Source of the DNA: Thermodesulfobacteriota bacterium
GTDB lineage: Bacteria > Desulfobacterota > Desulfobacteria > Desulfobacterales > SURF-7
NCBI GenBank assembly: GCA_049320885.1
Contig: JBMORA010000009.1
Location: 96,001 to 160,000, forward strand
Length of the DNA: 64,000 nucleotides
Direction of reading: 5' to 3'
The notes under the pieces are model-generated. The model saw only the letters and a list, made by a program, of their open reading frames with translations, had not been told where the DNA came from and ran no database searches. The position numbers were made by a program, and so were the translations under genes. Below are positions 1-8,871 of the stretch, one piece after another (the stretch's first letter is position 1; the number at the start of each line of letters is the position of its first letter).

Positions 1-1773
1 CTTGTCCCGGGAATTTTCGTAAACAAGACGAATGTCGCTGCTCGACAACAAATCGGTTTGTTCCGCCAGGAGGATCATATCCCGGTCGAAACAGGCCAGC
101 AGACAATATTTCAATTCCGTCCGGTCGAGCAACGACCATTGCCGCCGGGAATAATGATAGGACCAATTGTTCCCCTGTCTGGGGAAATCGATCCATTCCG
201 GATGTCCGAATTCATTACCCATGAAATTGAGATATCCGTTTCCGGCTGTGGCCAGGGTGATCAGCCGGATCAATTTGTGAATGGCCAAGCCGCGGTCGAC
301 TCTCAGATTTCCATCTCCAGCCATCATATGTTCGTACATGTCGGCGCCGATCAGGCGAAAAATGAGGGTTTGATCACCCACCAGGGCCTGGTCATGGGAT
401 TCGGCATAACCGATGGTTTTTTCTTCCCGCCGGCGGTTGGTCAGTTCATACCAGAGATGGCCCATGGGCCAGTCCTCATCTCTTGTCTCCTTTGTTAATT
501 TGATCCAATAATCCGGAACGCCCATGGCCAGCCGGAAATCGAAGCCGTATCCACCCAGGTCAACGGGAAAGGCAAGCCCCGGCATGCCGCTGACATCTTC
601 CGCAATGGTCGCCGCATCCGGCCGTAGGAGATGGATGACCCGGTTGGCCAGCGCAAGATAGGTCAGCGCATCTTCATCCACGGTTTCATCAAAATAATCG
701 GAGTACTCTGTAAAGGCCACGCCCAGCCCATGATGGTGGTACAGCATGCTGGTAATGCCGTCGAAGCGAAATCCGTCGAAGCGATATTCGTCCAGCCAGA
801 ATCGGCAATTGGATAGAAGGAAATGGAGTACTTCGATTTTACCGTAATCAAAGCATCGGGAGTCCCAGGCCTCATGTCTTCCCCGGGGGCCGTCGTGGAA
901 ATATTGATACGGTGTTCCATCGAACCGGCTGAGCCCCTCCACTTCATTGTTGACCGCATGGGAGTGAACCAGATCCATAATGACGGCCAGGCCGGCCGCA
1001 TGGGCGGCGTCGATAAGGGCCTTGAGATCTTCCGGTGTTCCAAAACGGGAAGACGCGGCAAAGAAATTGGATACGTGATAACCAAAGGATGCGTAATACG
1101 GATGCTCCTGGATCGCCATCAATTGCAGGGTGTTGTATCGCGCCGCGATGATGCGGGGCAGCACGTTTTCCGTGAATTCCTGATAGCTGCCGATTTTTCC
1201 ATCCTCCTGGGCCATTCCAATGTGGGCTTCGTAAATGATGGGCGGTCTGGGGCTTCGCCTGTAGGTGTCCAGGCGCCATGGGTATGGTGTCTGCGGCCGC
1301 CATATCTGGGCGTTAAATATGAGTGTGCGTGGATCCTGCACGACCCTGCGGGCATAGGCAGGAATCCGATCTCCCTGCCCGTCCGGCCAATGAAGTCTCA
1401 GCCGATACAGATCCCCATGATGAAATCGATCTTCGGGCAGCCGGATCTCCCACTCCCCCGGCTTGCCGTTCGGTTCCAGGGCGAATTCGTTTTTTTCCTT
1501 CCAGGCGCTCATTTCGCCGATAAGAAAAATCGCGGTGGCGTTCGGGGCCCATTCCCTGAATATCCATTGACCGTTGCGGAAATGCATCCCGAAATATTCG
1601 TGACCGTTTGCGAAATCGGAAAGGTTTTCCTGCGGGTGTGTCAGGCGCTTTTCCATTGACTGGATTTTTTCGATCCGCCGCAGGAGTATTGTCCGATAGG
1701 CACCCAGGCCGTTATCGGCGGCGATCAACGCTGCGCATCGTTTGTCGGGGGTTCCGGTGCGCATGGTTTTCAT
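1..1773 (-). CDS. glgB: 1,4-alpha-glucan branching enzyme (GH13_8-like), partial, 3' end beyond window
   Basis: Not in the ORF track because it runs off the edge. Hand translation from ATG 1773 (ATGA overlap with the glgA stop) gives FREWAPNA, WDSRCFDYG, FDGFRFDGITSMLYHHHG and YAESHDQALVGDQT. Confidence 0.95.
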   Translation of the reverse strand, partial: MKTMRTGTPDKRCAALIAADNGLGAYRTILLRRIEKIQSMEKRLTHPQENLSDFANGHEYFGMHFRNGQWIFREWAPNATAIFLIGEMSAWKEKNEFALEPNGKPGEWEIRLPEDRFHHGDLYRLRLHWPDGQGDRIPAYARRVVQDPRTLIFNAQIWRPQTPYPWRLDTYRRSPRPPIIYEAHIGMAQEDGKIGSYQEFTENVLPRIIAARYNTLQLMAIQEHPYYASFGYHVSNFFAASSRFGTPEDLKALIDAAHAAGLAVIMDLVHSHAVNNEVEGLSRFDGTPYQYFHDGPRGRHEAWDSRCFDYGKIEVLHFLLSNCRFWLDEYRFDGFRFDGITSMLYHHHGLGVAFTEYSDYFDETVDEDALTYLALANRVIHLLRPDAATIAEDVSGMPGLAFPVDLGGYGFDFRLAMGVPDYWIKLTKETRDEDWPMGHLWYELTNRRREEKTIGYAESHDQALVGDQTLIFRLIGADMYEHMMAGDGNLRVDRGLAIHKLIRLITLATAGNGYLNFMGNEFGHPEWIDFPRQGNNWSYHYSRRQWSLLDRTELKYCLLACFDRDMILLAEQTDLLSSSDIRLVYENSRDK

Positions 1774-3284
1774 CTGGCGATCAGCGGGCGCTGGAGCATC
1801 ATTTCGTATAAATCCATATATTGCCTGGCCGTGACATCGTGGTTGAAGGCGGCCAGGCTTTCCGTCATGATGCGAGCGATTTCCATTTTTTTAAGGTCGG
1901 AAGGCAGTTGAAAAAAGTCCATGGCTTGATCCACAGCCCAGAACAAGCCGTTTGCGTCGTAATATTGGAATAGAAATCCGTTTCCTGTATGCCTGCCCAC
2001 ATCCAATGGTTTGACGGTGTCATGGATGCCTCCGGTATCATGGGCCACGGGAAGCGCTCCATATATGGGTCCGATCATCTGGGGCAACCCACAGGGCTCA
2101 AAAAGCGAGGGCATCAGGATGAAATCGGCGGCTCCATAGGCTAGACAGGCCAGTCTTTCATCAAAATCACAAATGGCCACGCGGTCTTCCAGTTGATGAA
2201 AGTTGACGATCCGCTCAAAATGCTGCCGGAAATCGCCGCTGGCCACAAAAATAATTTCGAGTTGGTGGTCCCAGTATTTCGATATCACGGCATACATGAT
2301 TTCCGCCAGCAACTGACAACCCTTTTGGACATGGTCCAGGCGGTGGGGCCAAAAAAACAACGGCGCTTTTTCGTTTTGGATCAGGCCCACGGATTGCTGC
2401 AGCGCCAGTTTGTTGCGTTTTTTTCCAGCCGGATGATTCTCTGGTCCGTAGGCAGTCTTCAGGTTCTTGTCGGTGGAAGGATCGAAGGACGGATCAGGGG
2501 CATTCAATATCCCCACGGCGCAACCCGCGAGGTGCTTGTTTCTCAGCTCGGCCTGAATCTGCGGTTCGATAAATCGATGCCTGCCTTCAGCAACTTCCAG
2601 CAGGAACGTGGGACTGACGGTATTGACGAAATGGGCTGCAAAAATGCCGCTGGCCAGAAAATCCACCGGAATCGTTTCGCGTGTTTCTTCATACTGCTCC
2701 GGCCGGGATTCATAATAGAGATTCTGCCAAAAATAAGCGGCATCGATGCCACGGTCCTCGATATGCGCCAGAAGGGCTTTTACGGTATACACGTTATGCA
2801 CCGTGAACAAACAGGGCGTGCCCATGGCTCTGGCCATGGCAGGAATCAGTCCGGTCATCCAGTCATTGCAATGGATCAGATCCGGTTGAACCCTGGGGAC
2901 GATATTGTTGATCACTTCCCGCTGGAAGGCCAACGCGATTTTAATATTTTCCCAGCCGTAACTGGAATACACCCGGTTCATGTAAAAAAAGGCGCGGTCT
3001 TCCGCCAGATGAATCCTGTCCCCGGGCATTTTTTGCCAGAAAAGCTTTCGTTGGTTTTTGATCAGATTGGAAAAGCCGTTATCGAACATCATGCGGTAAT
3101 CGGGCAAGGCCACATGCACGTCCGTTCCTTGTTCGAAAAGGGCGCCGATCAGGGCGGCGGATACATCCGCCAGTCCACCGGCTTTTGCCGTCAGATAATT
3201 GGCGATATTCCCCATTCCCGGAGGCAGGTAGGTGACTTCCGGTGTTATAATCAGAACCCGCGGTGATTTTTTATTTTTCGGCAT
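1770..3284 (-). CDS. glgA: Glycogen/starch synthase (GT5)
   Basis: KAGGLADV, HCNDW, FTVHN, MPSLFEPCGL and TGGIHDTV motifs; lies between glgP and glgB. Confidence 0.93.
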   Translation of the reverse strand: MPKNKKSPRVLIITPEVTYLPPGMGNIANYLTAKAGGLADVSAALIGALFEQGTDVHVALPDYRMMFDNGFSNLIKNQRKLFWQKMPGDRIHLAEDRAFFYMNRVYSSYGWENIKIALAFQREVINNIVPRVQPDLIHCNDWMTGLIPAMARAMGTPCLFTVHNVYTVKALLAHIEDRGIDAAYFWQNLYYESRPEQYEETRETIPVDFLASGIFAAHFVNTVSPTFLLEVAEGRHRFIEPQIQAELRNKHLAGCAVGILNAPDPSFDPSTDKNLKTAYGPENHPAGKKRNKLALQQSVGLIQNEKAPLFFWPHRLDHVQKGCQLLAEIMYAVISKYWDHQLEIIFVASGDFRQHFERIVNFHQLEDRVAICDFDERLACLAYGAADFILMPSLFEPCGLPQMIGPIYGALPVAHDTGGIHDTVKPLDVGRHTGNGFLFQYYDANGLFWAVDQAMDFFQLPSDLKKMEIARIMTESLAAFNHDVTARQYMDLYEMMLQRPLIAR

Positions 3285-3302
3285 TCCGTTTCACTCGTTT
3301 TG

Positions 3303-5855
3303 TCACGCCCAGGTGATTAAACCGGGCGTGAACCGGATTAAGTCATCACCTCTGGGGGTTACCCGGGCCGTGAATCCGTAGCGACCGGCGTTCTGACATT
3401 CAATGTCGCAGGCATACAGGTATTGCCCGTTACCACGGTCTTCTTCCATATTCATTCTTTCCAGGAGTCCGGGTGCTACCGAATCCACCGATTTCAGGGT
3501 CCCGTAATACAGCTCGACCTCGACTTCATCCGGAAGCAGGTTGCCGAGGGATACCTCACTGGTCAGGCGGAATTTTTCCCCCACTTGAAAAGGGCCTTCC
3601 GCCTTTCTCACCGGCGGATTGATGCGGATATGCTTCCATTCATTTTGCAGCCTTTCGCGCAACCGGTTCAATTTGCGGGCTTCCTCGGCCTGATTGGCCA
3701 ACAGGCGATGGAGTCGTTCCACCGCCGGTCGGTAGAAGTGCTCCTCATAACGCCCCACCATTTTGGATGCCGAGAATTGCCACATGGCCATTTTCATGGA
3801 TGATTTCATTTTTTTCAACCAGGTTTCGGGGACATCTCCGTGCTTTCTGTCATAAAAGCATGGAATTACGTCGTTTTCGAGGATATTGTACAAGGCCTGG
3901 CTTTCCACTGCATCCTGATATACGAAATCACCGTATTCCTCTCCGTTTCCAATGCGCCACCCCCGGTCTTCCCCATAGGCTTCGTCCCACCAGCCGTCCA
4001 TGATGCTGACATTCAGGACACCGTTGATAGCGGCCTTCATCCCGGAAGTTCCGCAGGCTTCGTAGGGTCGCCTGGGGGTATTGAGCCATACATCGGCGCC
4101 TTGAACCAGATGCCTGGCGATGTTGATGTCGTAATCTTCGAGAAAAATCAATTTGTGACGGATGTTCGATTTTCGTGCGAACTGGATCAGACGTCGGATC
4201 AACTCCTTGCCTTCATTGTCTTTCGGGTGGGCCTTGCCGGCAAAAATGAACTGGACGGGATATTTGTCGGACGTAAGGATCGCTTCGAAGCGGGACGGAT
4301 CCTGCAGCAGCAGGTTGGCTCTTTTATAAGTGGCGAAACGGCGCGCAAATGCTATCGTGAGGCTGTCCTGGTCGAGCACGGACTCGGCCTCTTCCATTTG
4401 GGCTTTCGGAGCATTGCGCCGGCCATATTGTTTCACCATCAGCGCCCGGCAGGTACGGATAAGTCGCGCACGGCTCATTTCATGCGCCCGCCAGAGTTCT
4501 TCTTCATATATCTGATCGATCCGGTTGATAATCTCCGGTTCTTGGGTTTTCATGTACCATTCCGGGCCAAGGTAGCGGTCGAACAGGAGCGAGTTTTCAA
4601 TGGAAATCCAGGAGGGGATATGAATTCCGTTGGTAATATGGGTTATGGGAACTTCGTCTTCGGGGCGTCCCGGCCAGACGTGCGACCACATTCGGCGGGC
4701 GGTGCGGCCGTGAAGTTTGCTTACCCCGTTGCAATATCGCGACATCCGCAGCGCAAGGACAAACATGGAAACAGGTGCTTCGTATCCATGGCTCTCGGCG
4801 GGCTGCCCCCATTTAATCAATTCATCAACAGCGATGTCCAGACGCTCCTCGAAGGGTTTCAGGCAAGGGCGGACCAGATGCACCGGAAATTCGTCATGCC
4901 CGGCGGCAACCGGGGTGTGGGTAGTGAATACGGTTGTGCGCGCCAGGATTTCCATGGCGACTTTCAAATCAAGGTGATGGAACTGCATGAACTGCGCGAG
5001 GCGTTCCAGGCCGGCGAAGGCGCAATGGCCTTCATTCATATGAATGATGAGTGGATTGATATTCAATCTTTGGAGGGCCTGCATTCCACCGATGCCCAAT
5101 AATACTTCCTGGGAAAGACGGATGGCCGAGTCGGCTGCATAAAGTCTGGCTGTGATTTCGCGGATGGGGGGTGGGTTTTCCGGCAAATTGGTATCCAGGA
5201 GCAGCAGGGGAATTCGCCCGATATGCAGTTGCCAGACCAAGGCCCGGATGTCGCCGTCAGGTCCTGTAACCGTGACATAGACTTCCTTGCCGTCGCTGTT
5301 TTTGGCGCGTTGCAGCGGCATGTGATACAAATCCGTCTCGGGATATTCTTCCTGCTGCCATCCTTCCGGGTTGAGGTATTGGTGGAAATACCCTTTACGG
5401 TAAAGGAGGCCGACACCGACGATGGGCAGGCCGCTGTCGGAAGCCGCCTTCAGATGATCCCCGGCCAGTATGCCCAACCCTCCGGCAAACAGCGGCAGGC
5501 TTTCATGAATGCCGTACTCCATGGAAAAATACGCAATTTTCCCGTCAGTTCCGTAGGGCGTTTCGGTAAAGTCAACCGGTTCGACGATATGCCGCTCGAA
5601 GGCGATCCTGACCCGTTGCTGATGGGATAAAAAACTATCGTCCCGGGCCAGCTCTTCCAGACGTTCCTGGGAAATCAGTGTGGAAAAAACGATTGGATTT
5701 CGTTCGGCTTTTTCCCAAAGCCGCGGATTAATCCGCCGAAAAAGTTCTATGGAATCGAGATTCCAGCACCACCACATGTTTCGGATCAGCTTTTCGAGAA
5801 ATGACAACGATTCCGGTACTTTGGGAAAAACCTGGAAGGTTTGGAGGTAACTCAT
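3303..5855 (-). CDS. glgP: Alpha-glucan (glycogen) phosphorylase
   Basis: YFSMEYG, GGLGILAGDHLK, HMNEGH, ARRFATYKR and the PLP-lysine motif EACGTSGMKA. Confidence 0.96.
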   Translation of the reverse strand: MSYLQTFQVFPKVPESLSFLEKLIRNMWWCWNLDSIELFRRINPRLWEKAERNPIVFSTLISQERLEELARDDSFLSHQQRVRIAFERHIVEPVDFTETPYGTDGKIAYFSMEYGIHESLPLFAGGLGILAGDHLKAASDSGLPIVGVGLLYRKGYFHQYLNPEGWQQEEYPETDLYHMPLQRAKNSDGKEVYVTVTGPDGDIRALVWQLHIGRIPLLLLDTNLPENPPPIREITARLYAADSAIRLSQEVLLGIGGMQALQRLNINPLIIHMNEGHCAFAGLERLAQFMQFHHLDLKVAMEILARTTVFTTHTPVAAGHDEFPVHLVRPCLKPFEERLDIAVDELIKWGQPAESHGYEAPVSMFVLALRMSRYCNGVSKLHGRTARRMWSHVWPGRPEDEVPITHITNGIHIPSWISIENSLLFDRYLGPEWYMKTQEPEIINRIDQIYEEELWRAHEMSRARLIRTCRALMVKQYGRRNAPKAQMEEAESVLDQDSLTIAFARRFATYKRANLLLQDPSRFEAILTSDKYPVQFIFAGKAHPKDNEGKELIRRLIQFARKSNIRHKLIFLEDYDINIARHLVQGADVWLNTPRRPYEACGTSGMKAAINGVLNVSIMDGWWDEAYGEDRGWRIGNGEEYGDFVYQDAVESQALYNILENDVIPCFYDRKHGDVPETWLKKMKSSMKMAMWQFSASKMVGRYEEHFYRPAVERLHRLLANQAEEARKLNRLRERLQNEWKHIRINPPVRKAEGPFQVGEKFRLTSEVSLGNLLPDEVEVELYYGTLKSVDSVAPGLLERMNMEEDRGNGQYLYACDIECQNAGRYGFTARVTPRGDDLIRFTPGLITWA

Positions 5856-6054
5856 TTTTCATCCTTTTTCATATTCAGCAAAATCATCTGCAAGGTCCCC
5901 GGCCTGCCCGGTTTCATCAGAAGGCGGAAGCGTTTTGGGGATGGTATCGCGCTTTCAAGAGGCAAAACCCCGAATCGGATGATGTTGAGGCGGCGATTGG
6001 GACGTCCCGCTATCAGTCCTTCGCCTTCGAATTTAAACCATGAAATGAGATTTC

Positions 6055-6083
6055 TTTATACCCAAACAGCCCAAAGATGGCAA
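6055..6083 (-). promoter_or_regulatory. Putative sigma70 promoter of the glg operon
   Basis: Minus-strand TTGCCA-17 bp-TATAAA, about 200 bp upstream of glgP. Confidence 0.55.
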
Positions 6084-6244
6084 GTGGTTCTTTTCCGTGG
6101 GACGAGGCGGAACATCACTGCCCATGATGTTTCATTCGACAAATTAAGTTATAATAATTGGCAAGAAGAATAAGTGGGTTTAAACCTCCCTCGTCTGTGG
6201 ATATAGAGATTGAAGTTTTTTTCGTTCTTTTATAGAGTCATGAA

Positions 6245-6961
6245 ATGGAAAAATCCGATCCCATCTCCTACGACAAATATATCAAGGCGTTGATGGATAT
6301 CAGCCGCGCCATCACGTCGGATCTGTTCCTCGAGGATCTGTTGAAATTGATCGTGATGGTTACGGCCAAGGTCATGAACGTGGAAATTTGCTCCCTCTGG
6401 ATGATCAACGAAAATGAAAATCCCCCCAAAATCAGACTGGAAGCGACCCAGGCGATTAATCCGGAATACGTGAAAGACCGGTCGTTGAACCTGAACGAAG
6501 GCGTCGTCGGTTATGTGGCGACGCGGAAAAAACCGCATATCATTAAAAATGTGTTGAAGAGCCACCGGTTCAAGGAGAAGGAAATGGCCCGCAGGTTGGG
6601 CCTGGTTTCCATGCTGGGGGTGCCACTGCAGCTGAAAAACGAGAAGGTCATCGGGGTATTGAATTGTTTTACCGCCCATCCACATGATTTTTCCGAAACC
6701 GAGGTGAATCTTCTGGCCACGGTGGCCAACCAGGCAGCGGTGGCCATATTGAACACCGAACTCATGGTTCAGAAAAAAATTATCCAGGAAGAGCTGGAGA
6801 CCCGCAAGCTGATTGAAAGAGCAAAGGAAATCATCATGCTCCGCAATCAAATCCAGGCGGACCAGGCATATCGATGGTTGCAGCAGCGCAGCATGAATTC
6901 CCGCAAAAGCATGCGCCAGGTCGCGGAAGCGATTGTCCTTTCGGATGAATTATATCAATAA
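6245..6961 (+). CDS. GAF + ANTAR domain RNA-binding antiterminator
   Basis: GAF features (EGVVGYVA, SMLGVPL, VIGVLN, FSETEVNLL) followed by the ANTAR signature RKLIERAKEIIM...QAYRWLQQRSMNSRKSMRQVAEAIV. Confidence 0.92.
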   Translation: MEKSDPISYDKYIKALMDISRAITSDLFLEDLLKLIVMVTAKVMNVEICSLWMINENENPPKIRLEATQAINPEYVKDRSLNLNEGVVGYVATRKKPHIIKNVLKSHRFKEKEMARRLGLVSMLGVPLQLKNEKVIGVLNCFTAHPHDFSETEVNLLATVANQAAVAILNTELMVQKKIIQEELETRKLIERAKEIIMLRNQIQADQAYRWLQQRSMNSRKSMRQVAEAIVLSDELYQ

Positions 6962-7041
6962 CGCGCCGTCCTTTTGCATTCAAACTTAATACTTGACATT
7001 TTATTTTAGATATACTTAATTAATCGATCATAGAGGATTCA

Positions 7042-7093
7042 GGTTCGGTACAAAGGCGTACCTGAGCCGCCTGCCAACCAGACAAAGGCGTCT
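7042..7093 (+). ncRNA. ANTAR-target twin stem-loop RNA element
   Basis: P1 GGTAC-AAAGGC-GTACC (7047-7062, extendable by GGTTC/GAGCC) and P2 AGAC-AAAGGC-GTCT (7080-7093). Both have hexaloops with A1 and G4 and sit directly downstream of an ANTAR gene. Confidence 0.88.
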
Positions 7094-7134
7094 ATCCTGT
7101 CGTTCATTTCGGACGATGGGGGGCGCCTTTTTTT
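7084..7134 (+). terminator. Leader intrinsic terminator overlapping ANTAR hairpin P2
   Basis: AAAGGCGTCT (7084-7093) pairs with GGGCGCCTTT (7121-7130), inner GTCGTTC/GGACGAT stem, T7 tract at 7128-7134. Confidence 0.87.
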
Positions 7135-7171
7135 ATTGACCGGTATGATATTATGCACGAGGAGAAAAAAA

Positions 7172-8809
7172 ATGAGATTTCAAAAAAGCAACGATGTATT
7201 GGGTACCGCTAACCGGGGAAATCCTGCGGAATCAGGTCTTTGTACACTCTGTCGGGCTGATTGCCAGGGCAAATGCGAAACCTGGCTGTCCAGCCTGGTA
7301 GGCCGTAAATTGTTGTATCCCAGGGATTTCGGTTTTGTGACGGCCGGTGCGAACAATACGACCCATGTCGGCGTGTCCTATAATTCTCTTCGCATTCAGG
7401 GATATGCCTACGGAGCTCATGGACTGAGCCAGAATTTGACCAATAATCCGGACGACTGTATTTTCCCGAATGTGGATCTGACATCCGAATTCGGTTACGA
7501 GGTTAAAACCAAATCGAAAATTCCGTTGATGACCGGAGCGCTTGGCTCCACCTTCATCGCGGCCAAATACTGGGATGCGTTCGCAGTGGGCGGGGCGTTG
7601 ATCGGGATTCCCATCGTTGTGGGAGAAAATGTCGTGGGCGTGGACAAGGAATCCACCATCACCAACGGCAAAGTCACCAAATCGCCGGAACTGGATCGCC
7701 GCATTGACACCTATCTGCGGTATTACGACGGTTATGGCGCCATCATTGTCCAGATGAATGTCGAGGATACGCGGAATGGTGTGGCCGAATATGTGGCCAA
7801 AAAATACGGTGACAAGTGCATTATCGAGCTCAAATGGGGTCAGGGCGCCAAGGATATCGGCGGAGAGATCCAGGTTTCCAGCCTGGAATATGCCCTTTTC
7901 CTGAAGAAAAGAGGCTATGTGGTGGATCCCAATCCGGAATTGCCCGAAGTCCAGGAAGCCTTCAAACAGGGTGCGATCAAATCATTCGCCCGACACAGCC
8001 GTCTCGGTGGCACCAATCTGGATACGGTCGAATTGGTTCGCGAAGATTTCATGAAGAGTGTCGATTACCTGAGATCCCTCGGCTTTAAACGGATTTCCCT
8101 TAAAACCGGTTCCTATGGGATGGAAGAACTCGCCATGGCCATCAAGTTCGCCACCGATGCCAAAATGGATCTGCTGACCATCGACGGTTCCGGCGGCGGC
8201 ACCGGCATGAGTCCCTGGAACATGATGCAAAGCTGGGGCGTACCCTCCATCAACCTGCACGCCAAGGCATACGAATATGCCAGCATTCTGGCCGCCAAGG
8301 GTCAACGCGTGGTCGATCTTTCGTTCGCCGGCGGATTCGCGCTGGAAGACAGCATTTTTAAAGGCCTGGCGCTGGGCGCGCCGTATACCAAACTGATTTG
8401 CATGGGCCGCGCCATCATGGTTCCCGGCTTTGTGGGTGCCAATATCGAGGGTGTGTTGCATCCCGACCGCAAGGAAAAAGTGAACGGGAACTGGTCTGAA
8501 CTGCCCAAAACCGTCACCAGTATCGGCAGCAGCGCGGAGGAAATTTTCGCTTCTTATTTCGATGTCCAGAAAAAAGTCGGCAAGAATGAAATGAAAAACA
8601 TTCCCCTCGGCGCCATCGCCATCTGGACCATGGCGGATAAACTGTCCTGCGGATTGCAGCAGCTGATGGCCGGCGCTCGCAAATTCTCGGTCAATCAGTT
8701 GAGCCGCCGCGACATTTTTGCCGCAAACCGGGAAACCGCCAAGGAGACCGGCATTGCTCATATTTCCGACATCAATGATGAAACCGCCAGGAAAATCCTG
8801 AATTCCTAG
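7172..8809 (+). CDS. FMN-binding glutamate synthase family protein (stand-alone synthase domain)
   Basis: N-terminal CTLCRADCQGKC, ELKWGQGAK, TIDGSGGGTGMSP, FAGG, KGLALGA and MGRA motifs; AGGAGA RBS before ATG 7172. Confidence 0.88.
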   Translation: MRFQKSNDVLGTANRGNPAESGLCTLCRADCQGKCETWLSSLVGRKLLYPRDFGFVTAGANNTTHVGVSYNSLRIQGYAYGAHGLSQNLTNNPDDCIFPNVDLTSEFGYEVKTKSKIPLMTGALGSTFIAAKYWDAFAVGGALIGIPIVVGENVVGVDKESTITNGKVTKSPELDRRIDTYLRYYDGYGAIIVQMNVEDTRNGVAEYVAKKYGDKCIIELKWGQGAKDIGGEIQVSSLEYALFLKKRGYVVDPNPELPEVQEAFKQGAIKSFARHSRLGGTNLDTVELVREDFMKSVDYLRSLGFKRISLKTGSYGMEELAMAIKFATDAKMDLLTIDGSGGGTGMSPWNMMQSWGVPSINLHAKAYEYASILAAKGQRVVDLSFAGGFALEDSIFKGLALGAPYTKLICMGRAIMVPGFVGANIEGVLHPDRKEKVNGNWSELPKTVTSIGSSAEEIFASYFDVQKKVGKNEMKNIPLGAIAIWTMADKLSCGLQQLMAGARKFSVNQLSRRDIFAANRETAKETGIAHISDINDETARKILNS

Positions 8810-8833
8810 GCAACGCTCATCCCGGAATCCATT

Positions 8834-8871
8834 AAAGAGAGGCCGTCCGCTTTCATCGGGCGGCCTTTTTT
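8834..8871. terminator. Intrinsic terminator between convergent genes (likely bidirectional)
   Basis: GGCCGTCCG/CGGGCGGCC stem (8841-8865) followed by a T run, with an A-rich 5' side. Confidence 0.75.

Noticed and set aside
58..1659. ORF-track ORFs over the glgB region
   Set aside because: They are antisense or off-frame shadows of glgB.
5955..6010. GGCAAAACC...GGGACG as a c-di-GMP-I riboswitch
   Set aside because: It lacks the GNRA-capped P2 and the GCAAAG/P3 elements, and it is antisense to glgP.
7136..7171. TTG-start N-terminal extension of the glutamate synthase-like ORF
   Set aside because: It abuts the terminator T-tract, and the RBS supports ATG 7172.
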